The notes under the pieces are model-generated. The model saw nothing but the letters and a program-made list of their open reading frames with translations. It was not told where the DNA came from and searched no databases. DNA of 64,000 bases from an uncultured delta proteobacterium. GTDB lineage: Bacteria; Desulfobacterota; Syntrophobacteria; Syntrophobacterales; Syntrophobacteraceae. Positions 10,220-21,049 of this stretch are shown here, piece by piece. The first letter of the stretch is position 1, and every line of letters begins with the position of its first letter. The translations under genes were made by a program, and so were the position numbers. Location of the stretch: assembly GCA_963808625.1 (NCBI GenBank), contig CAWEHK010000018.1, positions 128,001 to 192,000 of the forward strand, given 5' to 3'.

Positions 10220-10780
10220 ATGTTCAAAAAAGCTTCGAGCAAGGTTGATGTTGATAAAGTTAAAGCAGCCGAGAAGAGCTTTCTTCATGGCCTCAAGATC
10301 TTTGAGATCATTTTCGTTGTCCTCATGGTGCTTGCAATCATTGGCGTTGGGATCACGGATTTCTCACCGGCCCGCAGCTATTGGTATTGGCTTGCCATGG
10401 CTCCCGTTTTTGCCTGCGCCTGCCTCATCATTGAATGGACCCGTGTGCGCAGTGAAGGAAGGAGTTGGTTGAGCATCCTCCGGACTCAGTTGCTCACCTG
10501 GTTTGGCCTGCTGGTTGCCGTCCAACTGGTGTACTTGCTTCTGCGCGCGGGACGTTTGACCTACGAGAGCACTGGCCTGATAATCCTTCTGCTGCTGGCG
10601 CTGACGACGTTTATCGTGGGGATCCAACTCGGCTTCGAGCTATGCGTGCTGGGGGCTTTCCTTGGGCTCACCCTTTTGTTTGTTGCTTTCCTGGAACAAT
10701 ACGTCTGGGTGATCGCGTTTGTGGCGATGCTCGGGGTAATCGCCACTTTCTTTGTGCTCAAACGAAGACGCAGTCAGTGA
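10220..10780 (+). CDS. Hypothetical integral membrane protein
   Basis: AGGAG SD and about 5-6 hydrophobic segments. Confidence 0.8.
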   Translation: MFKKASSKVDVDKVKAAEKSFLHGLKIFEIIFVVLMVLAIIGVGITDFSPARSYWYWLAMAPVFACACLIIEWTRVRSEGRSWLSILRTQLLTWFGLLVAVQLVYLLLRAGRLTYESTGLIILLLLALTTFIVGIQLGFELCVLGAFLGLTLLFVAFLEQYVWVIAFVAMLGVIATFFVLKRRRSQ

Positions 10781-10943
10781 AAGCGGGAGCCGCTGCACAT
10801 TTCAGATACGAACCTTAGCGGGAAGATTACTCGACGTGCCGTTTTGAGCGGCCTTGACGAGCCTTGACGCGCGTGGATAGCGACGGTTCGCGACAGCCGA
10901 GGCAGGCTGCTCCAGCACACTCCGGCAGAGGGAGAGCACAACC

Positions 10944-11145
10944 ATGCACAATGACGAATCGAGGAGAAAAGGCTGCACCAGAACTGGCGGACATGGTTGG
11001 TCGTCGGCTTGATGCTGATGGCGATAGGCATGTACGTCTTACTTTGGACGATTCGATCGTTCCGGTCAGCCCAAGCGGAAGCAATGCCCGGGTATCGACC
11101 GCACTCCGAAACCATAACGCAGAGGGCTCCGGCCGGCTCCCTTGA
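10944..11145 (+). CDS. Small single-TM membrane protein, interrupted by two apparent 1-nt deletions
   Basis: GAGGGAG SD. Joining three frames gives MHNDESRRK(G)LHQNWRTWLVVGLMLMAIGMYV(L)TLDDSIVPVSPSG... Confidence 0.45.
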
Positions 11146-11308
11146 AATCGCCATGGCGCCTCGGACAGGCAACAGGATTAACCCTCAAGGTCTCAGGGTG
11201 AATCGCTGGTTTAGGGTTCTGCCACAGCCCTTTGACGATGATGCTGTGACAGACCTCGGTTTTGGTTATTCTTGGCCGGACGAGATGCGATGAGTCTCAG
11301 GATTCCCC

Positions 11309-11336
11309 TTGCAATTGCATTATTTGCGGCTATAAT
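11309..11336 (+). promoter_or_regulatory. Putative sigma-70 promoter of the cold-shock gene
   Basis: TTGCAA-16 nt-TATAAT, about 145 nt upstream of the csp ATG. Confidence 0.6.
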
Positions 11337-11480
11337 TTTATTAAGTTTCAAAGAAATATACGGTTCGGTATTTTCGAGTTATCACGGGAATCGGTCTTTC
11401 GCCTTCTCAGAACGGTTCTGGAGTGGCTCCGAAGTAACGGGCCCTTTTCGTGACCCTTGTACAAGGAAAGGATTGTATTC

Positions 11481-11681
11481 ATGGCGGAAGGTCGAGTGAA
11501 GTGGTTCGATCACAAGAAGGGCTATGGGTTCATCACGGCGGACACCGGAAAGGAACTCTTTGTTCATCACAGTGCCATCGAGGGGCAAGGCTTCAAGAGC
11601 CTGGAAGAGGGTGAACGGGTGAGTTTCGACGAAGAGCGGGGAGCAAAGGGACCTCAGGCCGTAAGGGTGAAAAAGCTTTAG
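11481..11681 (+). CDS. Cold-shock protein (CspA family)
   Basis: GRVKWF, KGYGFI (RNP1), LFVHHSAI (RNP2) and KGPQA motifs. Confidence 0.95.
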   Translation: MAEGRVKWFDHKKGYGFITADTGKELFVHHSAIEGQGFKSLEEGERVSFDEERGAKGPQAVRVKKL

Positions 11682-11723
11682 TGGCTTGTTGAAATACTCC
11701 GATAATCTTACGATGGACAACAG

Positions 11724-11749
11724 GCCGGAGTAAAGCTCCGGCTTTTTTT
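11724..11749 (+). terminator. Rho-independent terminator
   Basis: GCCGGAG-TAAAG-CTCCGGC followed by TTTTTTT. Confidence 0.85.
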
Positions 11750-11823
11750 AGTTTTGCCTGACAGATCGCGCTACGCTGAATGCGGTTTCCCGTGGACGCA
11801 TCCGAAGGCTTCTGGAGTTTATA

Positions 11824-12090
11824 ATGCAGGCTACTAAGCTATATGTTGGAAACCTTGTTTTTTCCCTAACCAATAAGGACCTGGAGGATCTTTTCTCCCA
11901 ATACGGAACCGTGAAGGAAGCCAAGATAATTCAGGGCAAGGGTTTTGCGTTTGTGGAAATGTCCAGCCAATTGGAAGCCGAAAGGGCCAAGGCGGCCCTG
12001 GACAACTTTGAATTTAAGGGGCTCAATCTGAAAGTCCAGTCCGCCAAGCCCCCCAAGAAACAGTCATCGCGAAGAGGTTTCAGAAGATAG
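11824..12090 (+). CDS. RNA recognition motif (RRM) RNA-binding protein
   Basis: KLYVGNL (RNP2) and KGFAFVEM (RNP1) motifs with a basic tail. Confidence 0.93.
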   Translation: MQATKLYVGNLVFSLTNKDLEDLFSQYGTVKEAKIIQGKGFAFVEMSSQLEAERAKAALDNFEFKGLNLKVQSAKPPKKQSSRRGFRR

Positions 12091-12244
12091 CCGCAGGCTT
12101 CTCCAGGCCAGGCGTCGATAAAGCCCCTGCAAACGACTGCTGCAAGGCTGTCGTTTCCCGATGGAGCAAGGCCGCGACAAGCGGATCCGGCAAGGGGCCT
12201 TGATCCAGAACAGACAACGCAACGATTGATCCGGAGCTAAGATT

Positions 12245-13376
12245 TTGACTATTCCTAACCTTAAAATTAAAGATTTAGTTGCCAGGATCCCCATCATTCA
12301 GGGTGGCATGGGAGTGGGCATTTCCCTCTCCGGTCTCGCTTCAGCCGTCGCCAACGAGGGAGGAATCGGGGTGATTGCCGCCGCCATGATCGGTTTGCAT
12401 GAGACCGACATCTGCTCCAATTTCAGAGAGGCGAACATCAGGGCCTTGCGGAGGGAAATCAGAAAGGCCAGAGAAGCCACCAAAGGCATCCTCGGCGTGA
12501 ATATCATGGTTGCCCTGACCAATTTTGCCGACATGGTCAAAACCTCCATCGAAGAAGGAATCGACATCATATTCTCGGGCGCCGGCCTTCCTATGGATTT
12601 GCCAAAGTATTTAAAGGATGAATTCGAGACCAAGCTGGTGCCGATAATCTCTTCGGCGAGGGCGGCGAAGGCCATCTGCAAGCGGTGGCTGTCACGCTTC
12701 AACAGCCTCCCGGATGCCTTCGTGGTGGAGGGACCGATGGCCGGAGGACATCTTGGCTTCAATGCCGACCAGCTAAACAACCCCGACTTTAGCTCTGGAA
12801 AAGCTTGTCCCGGAAGTCGTGGCGGCGGTGATCCCGTTTTGCGAAGAACATAATGTCGAGATCCCGGTGATCGCTGCGGGGGGAATCTACAGTGGGGCCG
12901 ATATCCACCACTTTCTGCAGCTCGGAGCGGCGGGCGTCCAGATGGCCACCCGCTTTGTTGCCACCCACGAATGTGATGCCGACATCCGGTTCAAGCAATC
13001 TTTCGTGGATGCCCAAAAGCAAGATCTGGTGATCATTGAAAGCCCCGTGGGAATGCTGGGACGGGCAATTCGCAACCGGTTCATCGACGACGTGGAAGCG
13101 GGGCGAAACAAGCCCTTCAAGTGCCCCTATCACTGCATCACCTCCTGCAATTGCACGGACAGCCCTTACTGCATCGCTCTGGCCCTGGTCAATGCCAAAA
13201 GAGGGAACCTGAAACGCGGTTTCGCCTTCGCCGGCGAAAACGCTTACCGAGTCGATCGGATCATGTCCGTTAAGGAATTGATCTCGTCTCTGCTGGACGA
13301 GTACCGGAGGTTTTCCTACGGCCCTGCCGCAAGCCGGCAGCCCGAGCAACTGCTGAGCGCTTCAGGCACGGGTTGA
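12245..13376 (+). CDS. Nitronate monooxygenase/FabK-like flavin oxidoreductase (apparent +1 frameshift near 12791)
   Basis: PIIQGGMGVG and VVEGPMAGGHLG in the first frame. IPVIAAGGI, GVQMATRF and a Cys-rich segment in the second frame. Confidence 0.85.
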
Positions 13377-13469
13377 AGGGCAGACAGGTGCGAAAGGCAG
13401 GGGACGGCACAATCAAGCCTTAAGGCAGATTAACCAGCCTTGATGACTGGTGGGTCACAAAAAAGCAGA

Positions 13470-13503
13470 AATCCCCCCTGCCCCCTTTAGAAAAGGGGGG
13501 ATT
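13470..13503. repeat. GC hairpin/REP-like element between convergent genes
   Basis: AATCCCCCCT...AGGGGGGATT inverted repeat with an inner CCCCCTTT/AAAGGGGG pair. Confidence 0.5.
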
Positions 13504-13620
13504 ATCAATGATCCCCTCTACCAATAGGGTTGCGCGTTCATCACAGCCATTTTCATGGTTTAGGGTGTCCCGAAGGGACATGAACAAATGCTTTGCTTGA
13601 CACGTTAGCGCAAAAAACCG

Positions 13621-14226
13621 TCATTTCCCTTTCAGAAGCGTGACTCTGCCGTCTTCAAGGTCATATTTGGCGCCCACTATCTTCACCTTCCCCGCATCAG
13701 CCAGCTCTTTAATAACTTCCGATTGTGTGCTTAACGAGCGGCAGACCAACCTGATGTTGCCGTCGATGGCTGCCTCCACCAGTTCCGCCCCGTCCCTGCC
13801 GGCGCCTTCCTTTTCAGCCTGACTCACCGCCGGGGCGATAGCTTCGAGAATGGCACCGATATTGCCCTCGTGCGGCTTCCCGCGGGCGGCAACGGCTGCG
13901 GTCACGGCCCCGCAACGCCCGTGTCCGAGAACCATGATCAGAGGAGAACCCAGGTGCTCGGCCGCATATTCAATGCTTCCCAGAACGATGGGATCGGGAA
14001 CGTTGCCGGCGACCCTGACGACAAAGATCTCCCCCAGGCCCTGGTCGAAAATGATCTCGGGCGGGACGCGGGAGTCGGAACAACAAAGAATGATCGCATG
14101 GGGGCTCTGCCCCTTGGTTAGAGAATGACGGGTCGTCGCGTCACAAAGCTTCCGGCCGGTCATTTGATTGACAACATAGCGGTGATTTCCATCCAGCAGT
14201 TTCTGCAGTGATTCATCGGCGGTCAT
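13621..14226 (-). CDS. Beta-class carbonic anhydrase
   Basis: CSDSRVPPE, VVRVAGN and HGRCGA zinc-binding motifs. Confidence 0.95.
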   Translation of the reverse strand: MTADESLQKLLDGNHRYVVNQMTGRKLCDATTRHSLTKGQSPHAIILCCSDSRVPPEIIFDQGLGEIFVVRVAGNVPDPIVLGSIEYAAEHLGSPLIMVLGHGRCGAVTAAVAARGKPHEGNIGAILEAIAPAVSQAEKEGAGRDGAELVEAAIDGNIRLVCRSLSTQSEVIKELADAGKVKIVGAKYDLEDGRVTLLKGK

Positions 14227-14345
14227 CAATTCGTCAACTCCTTCCTGATTCAGACAGATAATTGCTTTTCATCGTTCGAGAATGTCTTCCGCGGCATGAC
14301 AACATCCATCGCTTTCGCGACCATCGAGCTTGATGGCCGGCTCCC

Positions 14346-15771
14346 TTAATTTTTGAATTGCATTGACTTGATTTCGAGGAATTCCTCCAGGCCGAATTTA
14401 CCCAGTTCCCGCCCGTTGCCGGATTGCTTGTATCCGCCGAAGGGGGCGTATAGGTTGAACGGGCCGCCGTTGATGTCGACCTGACCGGTGCGCAGGCGGC
14501 GGGCCACCCGCTCGGCCCTTGCGGTATCGCCCGACCATACTCCTCCCGCCAAACCGTAAATGGTATCGTTGGCGATGCGCACGGCATCGTCTTCATCGCT
14601 GAAGGTGATTATGGCCAGCACCGGCCCGAAGATCTCTTCTCTCGCTATGGTCATCCCGGGGTCCACACGACCGAAAACGGTCGGCTTCACATAATACCCC
14701 TTGTGCAGCCCGTCCGGCGCTTCCGGGCCACCCAGTGAGCAGTTCCGCCCCTTCCTCGATTCCCTTGCGGATGTAGCTTCTTACGCGATCCCGCTGAGCC
14801 GCCGAAACGAGGGGGCCGATTCTCGTCTTGTCGTCAAGAGGATCGCCCGGGACGAAGGTCTTGCAGATTTCCAGCACCAGGCCTTTGATCTCTTCGTAGC
14901 GGTTCTCCGGCACCAGCATCCGGGTGTGGGCGGTGCAGGTCTGGCCCGAGTTAAGAAAACAGGCGGCCAGGGTGCTCCTGACGGCGGAGGGCAGATCCGC
15001 GTCATCCAGAATGATCGAGGCCGATTTGCCCCCCAGTTCCAAAGCGACGCGCTTGACGGTCTCCGCAGCCAGCACCGACAGGCGTCTTCCCGTAGCCGTG
15101 GAGCCGGTGAAGGAGATCATGTCCACCTCCGGGTGGAGGGCGAGGGCTTCTCCCACAACCCCGCCGGGACCGCTGACGAGGTTGAAGACACCGTGCGGAA
15201 GGCCGGCTTCATCCGCTATTTCAGCCAGGATGAAGGCCGTAAGCGGCGCTTCCGAACTGGGCTTCAGGACCACGGTGCAGCCGGCGGCAAGGGCGGGCGC
15301 AACTTTCGCCACGGTCTGGTGAAGGGGGTAGTTCCAGGGAGTGATGCAGGCCGCCACGCCGATCGGTTCCCGAACGATCAGCGAGTTCCCGATCCGTTCC
15401 TCGAATTGGTAAGCGGCGACCAGCTTCGCGTAGCTCTCCATCACCGCCGCCGGAAGACCGGCCTGGATACGCTGCGAAAGCTTAAAAGGCATGCCGACTT
15501 CTCCGGCCACGGTGCGTGCGATCTCGTCAGTCCGCGCGGCAAGTCCCTGGTGAAGCTTGCGTAGATATTCCGAACGCGTTTCCACGGGTGTCGAACCCCA
15601 TTCGGTAAAGGCAGCGCGAGCGGCGGCAACGGCCCTGTCAACGTCTTCCCGGGTTCCGGCGGGAACCCGCCCCATGATCCCTTCGGTTGAGGCGTTGATG
15701 ACCTCGATAAAAGACGAACTGCCGGCCGGCGTCCATTGGCCCCCGATGTAAAGCTTGTCGTAGATTACCAT
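14346..15771 (-). CDS. Aldehyde dehydrogenase (apparent +1 frameshift near 14733)
   Basis: ITPWNYP, FTGST, LELGGKS and NSGQTC in the first frame. EEIFGPVL and PFGGYKQSG in the second frame. Confidence 0.92.
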
Positions 15772-16035
15772 GCCAACCTCCAGCTGATAGGAAATTACTT
15801 TTCCGAGACTTGTCGATATCAGCCTCTGCGAAACCGGTCAAGGACATTTTCGGTGGAGTTTCCGTTGAATTGCGCGCAAATCACCATGGTACCGGGCTCC
15901 TGCTTGACGAATCAGCGGTCGGATTACACGTTCATTGGTGAGCCCCGTTTTTCTCGAGGGTCATAAAGGATTGGTCGCCAAAGGCAATCTGTATCAAAAC
16001 ATCAAACGCCCCTGCACCATCAGCCGGATGCTGAA

Positions 16036-16970
16036 TCAATCCTCATCTTCTTCGTCCGGGTCATAGCGCTTTTTCCTGATCATGAGGCGAACGAAGGCCA
16101 CTATCGTCAGGATCGCAGCCAGCAGGAACAGGAGTTCATAAAGGTTCTGGCTGGCCCAAAGCAGCCACATGTTCTTGCTGCGCAACTCTTCCAGCCATTC
16201 ATCCTCAAGGTTTTGGAGAGACTTTGAGGTCGCTCCGGAGATGGCTTGATCAATCGACAATCCTTCACGCAAATGCTGCAAGACCCTGAGAAGGCTCTCT
16301 TTGCCGTAACGGGCCACCAGATATTCAACAAACAGACGACTTTCCACATACGCCTGGATGAGTGAATCCTTGTCTTTCGGGAAACTCACCGCCAGCTGCC
16401 GCAAGGGGATGGGATGACGCGCCGGATTGATCGCGCCGGCGGCAACTCCCTTGCCAACCAGGATTTCCCCCAGACTTCCGCTTACCCACTGGCAAATTCC
16501 CTCATCCAGCCATCGGGGAAGGAACATCCTCCTTGATGTGGTCATGAAGGAGAAGATGGCAGAGCTCATGTTCGAAGGTCTCGCGCAAAAGGTAGGGTTC
16601 GGAGACGGCGGGAGACAGATGAATGACAATGGAATGTTGCGAAGGGACCGCGAAAGCTGAGATCAGAGGATTCCCGCTCATTTTCTCGAAAGTCTCTCGA
16701 TCTGCGACCAACAGCACCCGTGGGTGGCGAGCGGAACTTCCAGCCCAGAGTGTCCTCAACATGAGCCCTGATTTCGGGGTAGATCTGCTGGAGGTGCCTG
16801 GCCTGAACCCCTAGCGGCTCATCACCGGCAATGACGAGTTCTTCACTTCTCTCCTCTGCTCCCGGCAAGTCAATAGAAGTGAGAGCGCAGGCGATACAGG
16901 CAAGCAAAAAGAGCACCATTTTAGGTGCCTGTTTATTTGCCTCGGGGTGCTTTCCGCGGATCGTCCCCAT
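16036..16970 (-). CDS. Peptidase MA-like zinc metallohydrolase, membrane anchored (two apparent frameshifts near 16722 and 16527)
   Basis: Signal-like N-terminus, HELCH (HExxH), PRWLDEG and a C-terminal TM helix, spread over three overlapping ORFs. Confidence 0.75.
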
Positions 16971-17004
16971 CAAAATCCTGCGAATACGGCTTATGAAAGG
17001 CTTC

Positions 17005-17448
17005 TCATGGGCTGGAAGTAGACCACTCCCGGGGCATTTTGAGGATTTGTTCGTAATGGCCGGTTTCAATTCCCGACATATAATGGACAATATCAAAGCT
17101 GCACAGGATGCCGATGGGGCGCCTCGGTCCTGCGTGCGGGTCGACGATAATCAGGTGCTCATACTTGGTCCGCTTCATGAGCTCGATCGCCTTTTCAATC
17201 GGCCATTGGGGATCCACCTCAATCCGGTAGGGCCGCATGACATCCTCGGCGCGTGTTTGCTCCAGATCCTCTCCGTAAAACCGAATGACCGCCAGCCTCG
17301 TAACAATGCCCCAAACCTCACCGCTTTCATGCACCACTACCACCGGGCGGAATTGATTGGCTTTCATCATCCGCACCACATCCTTCACGCTGTCGTCCGG
17401 ATAGCAGAAGATAACATCACGATCCATAAGGTCACAAACGCGCATCAT
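17005..17448 (-). CDS. CBS domain pair protein
   Basis: RVCDLM, VWGIVT, AEDVM and IGILCSFDI CBS pattern. Confidence 0.85.
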   Translation of the reverse strand: MMRVCDLMDRDVIFCYPDDSVKDVVRMMKANQFRPVVVVHESGEVWGIVTRLAVIRFYGEDLEQTRAEDVMRPYRIEVDPQWPIEKAIELMKRTKYEHLIIVDPHAGPRRPIGILCSFDIVHYMSGIETGHYEQILKMPREWSTSSP

Positions 17449-17849
17449 GACGGTTGCCTTTCTTCATCCCGCGCCATTCTGTCGACGATGTCTTCCACAT
17501 GAAGCAACCCAAGGATGGCTTTGCTTCCGGGGCGGTCCGAAACCACAATCAGATGTTCGATCTTCCGTTTATCCATTAACTGAATGGCCTCCTTGAGCGG
17601 AGTGCTGGGGGTAATCGTGAAGGTATAGGGCACAAGAATATCCTTTGCTTTGGTTTGATCAAGGTCCCTGCCAAAGGCCTTCAGAATACTCCGGGCGGAA
17701 ATGATCCCCATGACTTCGTGGTTTTGGTTCATCACCGTACAATAGTGCGTTGAGTTCACCACCATGATTTGAGCCACATCCCTGATGCTGGTGTCTTCGC
17801 TGCAAGCCAAAGACCCTTTCTGCATCAGGCGCATCACCCTCTCTTCCAT
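17445..17849 (-). CDS. CBS domain pair protein
   Basis: VMGIIS, ITPSTPLKEAIQLM and LGLLHVEDI. ATGA overlap with the next gene. Confidence 0.85.
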   Translation of the reverse strand: MEERVMRLMQKGSLACSEDTSIRDVAQIMVVNSTHYCTVMNQNHEVMGIISARSILKAFGRDLDQTKAKDILVPYTFTITPSTPLKEAIQLMDKRKIEHLIVVSDRPGSKAILGLLHVEDIVDRMARDEERQPS

Positions 17850-18341
17850 TGCTTGCCTTTCCTATAATATTCTAGAAGTTCGCCCTAATTAAAAACACTC
17901 CGAGGTCAAAAGCAATGCCCTCGAAGCAAAAAAAGCCAAACGCCCCGGTTCAGGCATTAAAGCGCTGCAGCTTTTCTCTGTGCAGTTGCAACAATTCCTC
18001 CCGCCCGATCTCATAACATTCTTTGCAAACATGAGCTACCAGGAAGTCAACAATATCATGAATAATTGCACAAAAGCTTCGCTGCCAAGACTTTGATGCC
18101 TCCGGAATTGCAGACTTAGTGATGAAGAGCCTTGATCACGCGCCACCAGCAAACCACTCTTTTACGAATCCATCAACGTTAACTTCAAGACACGTCCGAA
18201 AGAAACACAAGACCCTTTCGGTTTTTGACCTGACAGCGCCACAACAGGGTTTGGGGACCGGAAAAAAGTCTTGACACAATCCGCTCTCCTCCGACCGTAT
18301 CATCTATACCTACATGGGGGTGCTGCAACCGAAGATGCGGA

Positions 18342-18458
18342 ATGCGAATTACTGTGGCGAGGCCGGAAATGCGGGTTTCCTTTGACCAGGACAAGTGCAT
18401 TGCCTGTGAGCTCTGTGTCCCCGCATGTCCTTACAGGGCGGTAGAGATCATTTCTTGA
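18342..18458 (+). CDS. Small 4Fe-4S-binding peptide or ferredoxin gene fragment (38 aa)
   Basis: MRITVARPEMRVSFDQDKCIACELCVPACPYRAVEIIS contains CxxCxxCxxxCP. Below the ORF-track length cutoff. Confidence 0.55.
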   Translation: MRITVARPEMRVSFDQDKCIACELCVPACPYRAVEIIS

Positions 18459-18466
18459 GACCCTCA

Positions 18467-18515
18467 GGATTTCGGAACGGAGATCGAAGGTATCGAAATC
18501 CGCTTTCCGAAATCC
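18467..18515. terminator. Inverted repeat between convergent genes
   Basis: GGATTTCGGAA ... TTCCGAAATCC arms. Confidence 0.45.
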
Positions 18516-18542
18516 GTGAGTCATGCGCTGCATGGGACTCCA

Positions 18543-18836
18543 TCAGGCACTGAAATAATAGGGTGCTCCCATTTCTTCGAACGCAAAGTTAAGAAAAACG
18601 TGATGTCCGTCGATGTCCAGTATGCGCAGGTCGTCGGTTTGAGAGAGGTCGCCGGTGATCACCGAAAAATGGGTGCCGTACCGCTGTTTGACTTTCTCCA
18701 AAGGAACTTCATAAGCAATAAACTTTTTCATTCCTCTGGCCTTGAGCTTCTCTGCCAGCCGGGGTTCGCTCAGTGAATCGTAGGTCGTTAAGATGAGAAT
18801 CGGCCCTGTTCCCGTGAAAATAATCCCTGCTTTCAT
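18543..18836 (-). CDS. Small hypothetical cytosolic protein
   Basis: AAGGAG SD and a compact 97-aa ORF with protein-like composition. Confidence 0.75.
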   Translation of the reverse strand: MKAGIIFTGTGPILILTTYDSLSEPRLAEKLKARGMKKFIAYEVPLEKVKQRYGTHFSVITGDLSQTDDLRILDIDGHHVFLNFAFEEMGAPYYFSA

Positions 18837-19147
18837 CTCATTGCTCCTTTCTCTGTTAGTTGATCACATGACTGACCCACCAACCATGCCGCCCTTTCCT
18901 GTATCGACTGCCACGTTCAGGAGCAAAACAAGAATCAATTTGAAGACCTATCAGCTCACCGGATGAACTTTCGAGCTCGACAATGAAAATGATAAGCTTT
19001 TAGATTAACTCTATGACAGGATCGCCTTTTGTCAAGAAGCTTTGATACTATGACCAGGGCATCCGGATGCCCCGCTGCTCTTTGCGGCAAGGTTCCACAT
19101 AACGGGCGTTTTGGAATCAGATTACTTGCGGAAAGGAGGATAACACA

Positions 19148-20074
19148 ATGACCGACATCTTCTCCGACATCACCCTGACTGTAGGCAGGACTCCCCTGGT
19201 GAGGTTGAACGCGATTGCCGGCGGCCTGCAGGCGGAAATTCTGGCTAAGCTCGAATTCCAGAACCCGCTCGGAAGCATCAAAGACCGCATCGGGGTAGCC
19301 ATGATCCAGGCTGCCGAGGCACAGGGGCTCATTCAGCGCGACACCCTGATTGTTGAACCGACCAGCGGCAACACCGGTATTGCCCTGGCTTTTGTGTGCA
19401 CGGTCAGAAAATACCGCCTTTTGTTAACCATGCCGGAAACCATGAGCATGGAACGGAGGAAATTGCTCAAGCACCTCGGGGCCGAGGTCTTCCTCACGCC
19501 GGGAAGCGAGGGCATGAAAGGGGCTATCGGCAAGGCCCGGGAGATCGTCGCGCAGGACCCTCGTTCGTTCATGCCCGACCAGTTCGCCAATCCGGCAAAT
19601 CCCGAAATCCATCGCCGCACCACTGCCGAGGAGATCTGGCAGGACACGCGCGGGGCCGTCGACATCCTGGTTGCCGGTGTGGGAACGGGGGGAACGATCA
19701 CGGGTATCAGCGAAGTCATTAAACAGCGCAAGCCCTCTTTCCGGGCTGTTGCCGTGGAACCGGCCTCCTCCCCCGTGCTGTCCGGAGGCAAGGCCGGACC
19801 TCACAAGATCCAGGGAATCGGGGCAGGCTTCGTTCCCGCCGTCTTAAATACCCGCATCATCGATGAGATCATTGCCATCACCAACGATGAGGCTTTCGAG
19901 ACCGCAAGGGCAGTAGCGAAAGCCGAAGGGATCCTCTGCGGGATTTCTTCAGGCGCCTCTGTCGCTGCGGCCCTTCAGCTGGCCGCGCGAACGGAAAACA
20001 AGGGCAAACTGATTGTAGTCATCCTGCCGAGCACCGGTGAGCGGTATTTGAGCACGGACCTTTTTCAGGAATAG
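19148..20074 (+). CDS. cysK: Cysteine synthase A
   Basis: [14 protein letters not shown] (PLP lysine), [22 protein letters not shown] and GERYLST motifs. Confidence 0.96.
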   Translation: MTDIFSDITLTVGRTPLVRLNAIAGGLQAEILAKLEFQNPLGSIKDRIGVAMIQAAEAQGLIQRDTLIVEPTSGNTGIALAFVCTVRKYRLLLTMPETMSMERRKLLKHLGAEVFLTPGSEGMKGAIGKAREIVAQDPRSFMPDQFANPANPEIHRRTTAEEIWQDTRGAVDILVAGVGTGGTITGISEVIKQRKPSFRAVAVEPASSPVLSGGKAGPHKIQGIGAGFVPAVLNTRIIDEIIAITNDEAFETARAVAKAEGILCGISSGASVAAALQLAARTENKGKLIVVILPSTGERYLSTDLFQE

Positions 20075-20080
20075 CGTCTT

Positions 20081-21037
20081 TTAAGAATCCACCAGACAGA
20101 GCATCGCGCCCGTGAGGTTCTGTAGGATCTTGTTGGCATGACTGCCCAGCAGAAAAGGCTTTCTTTCCTGAAAACTGCGCTTGCCGATGACGACCAACTG
20201 GTATTTGTTCGACTCAATCTCATTGAGCAGGTCGCGGGCAATGCCCTCTTTGGTGGTTTGAACAATCACGGTCACATTCTGCTCCGGCACACCCTTTTCA
20301 AGAAGCGATATACAGCCTTCGGCCATAAATTGTTCGGCTTTTTGGCGGTACTCGGAACGCCACTTTTCGACCCTGCCCTGGCGGTCTCTCTGCTCCGGTG
20401 GACTCAGGACGTGCCCGTCATCCCAGAACGCAGGGGGTATCGGGGGCATCAGGTGGAAGAGGGTGTATTTCAATCCGGGAATGAGAGCAACGGACTCCGC
20501 CAGGTAAGTCGTTAAGGCACGCACATCGGCAGTGCCTTCCACGGGCACCAGCACTTTTCGCGATTCCCGAACCGGGGTGTCAACGATCCAAACCGAGTGG
20601 TGCTGCGCGTAATGCGCCACCTTGCTGGAAACACTCCCCAGGAGCAGGGTCTTTACCGGGCTCAGGCCGCGACGCCCCAGGGCAATAGTTCGCATCTTTC
20701 CGCTCTCGGCCTCAGTTTGAATATCGATCGCCGGATCAACGCCGACCGCCTTCAGCTTAAATTCCATTCTGTTTTCAGGAAATCCGACTGCCAGGAGACG
20801 GCGGCGGCCTTCCTCGAAAATCATGCTTCCCAACCGTTCCTGATCAGCCGGCTTGAGCAGGCATTTTGCCTCCAGGCCGACACACAGTTCACCGGGTAAC
20901 AGTCCCGACAGCTCCTGTACGCAATGGAAGAGGTACAGGTGCAAATCAGGATGGTCTTTGACAAGGTTTCCCACAATCGAGACCGCATCAAACCCTCTCT
21001 TCGACCCGTCAACTGCCACCAAAATCTTCTCTGCCAT
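20081..21037 (-). CDS. Universal stress protein (tandem USP domains)
   Basis: KILVAVDGS, LGRRGLS..LLGSVS and IGKR..LLGS motifs. Confidence 0.88.
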   Translation of the reverse strand: MAEKILVAVDGSKRGFDAVSIVGNLVKDHPDLHLYLFHCVQELSGLLPGELCVGLEAKCLLKPADQERLGSMIFEEGRRRLLAVGFPENRMEFKLKAVGVDPAIDIQTEAESGKMRTIALGRRGLSPVKTLLLGSVSSKVAHYAQHHSVWIVDTPVRESRKVLVPVEGTADVRALTTYLAESVALIPGLKYTLFHLMPPIPPAFWDDGHVLSPPEQRDRQGRVEKWRSEYRQKAEQFMAEGCISLLEKGVPEQNVTVIVQTTKEGIARDLLNEIESNKYQLVVIGKRSFQERKPFLLGSHANKILQNLTGAMLCLVDS

Positions 21038-21049
21038 GGCTGGCCTCCA

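Noticed and set aside
18271..18303. Sigma-70 promoter TTGACA...TATCAT before the mini-ferredoxin ORF
   Set aside because: The 21-nt spacer is too long.
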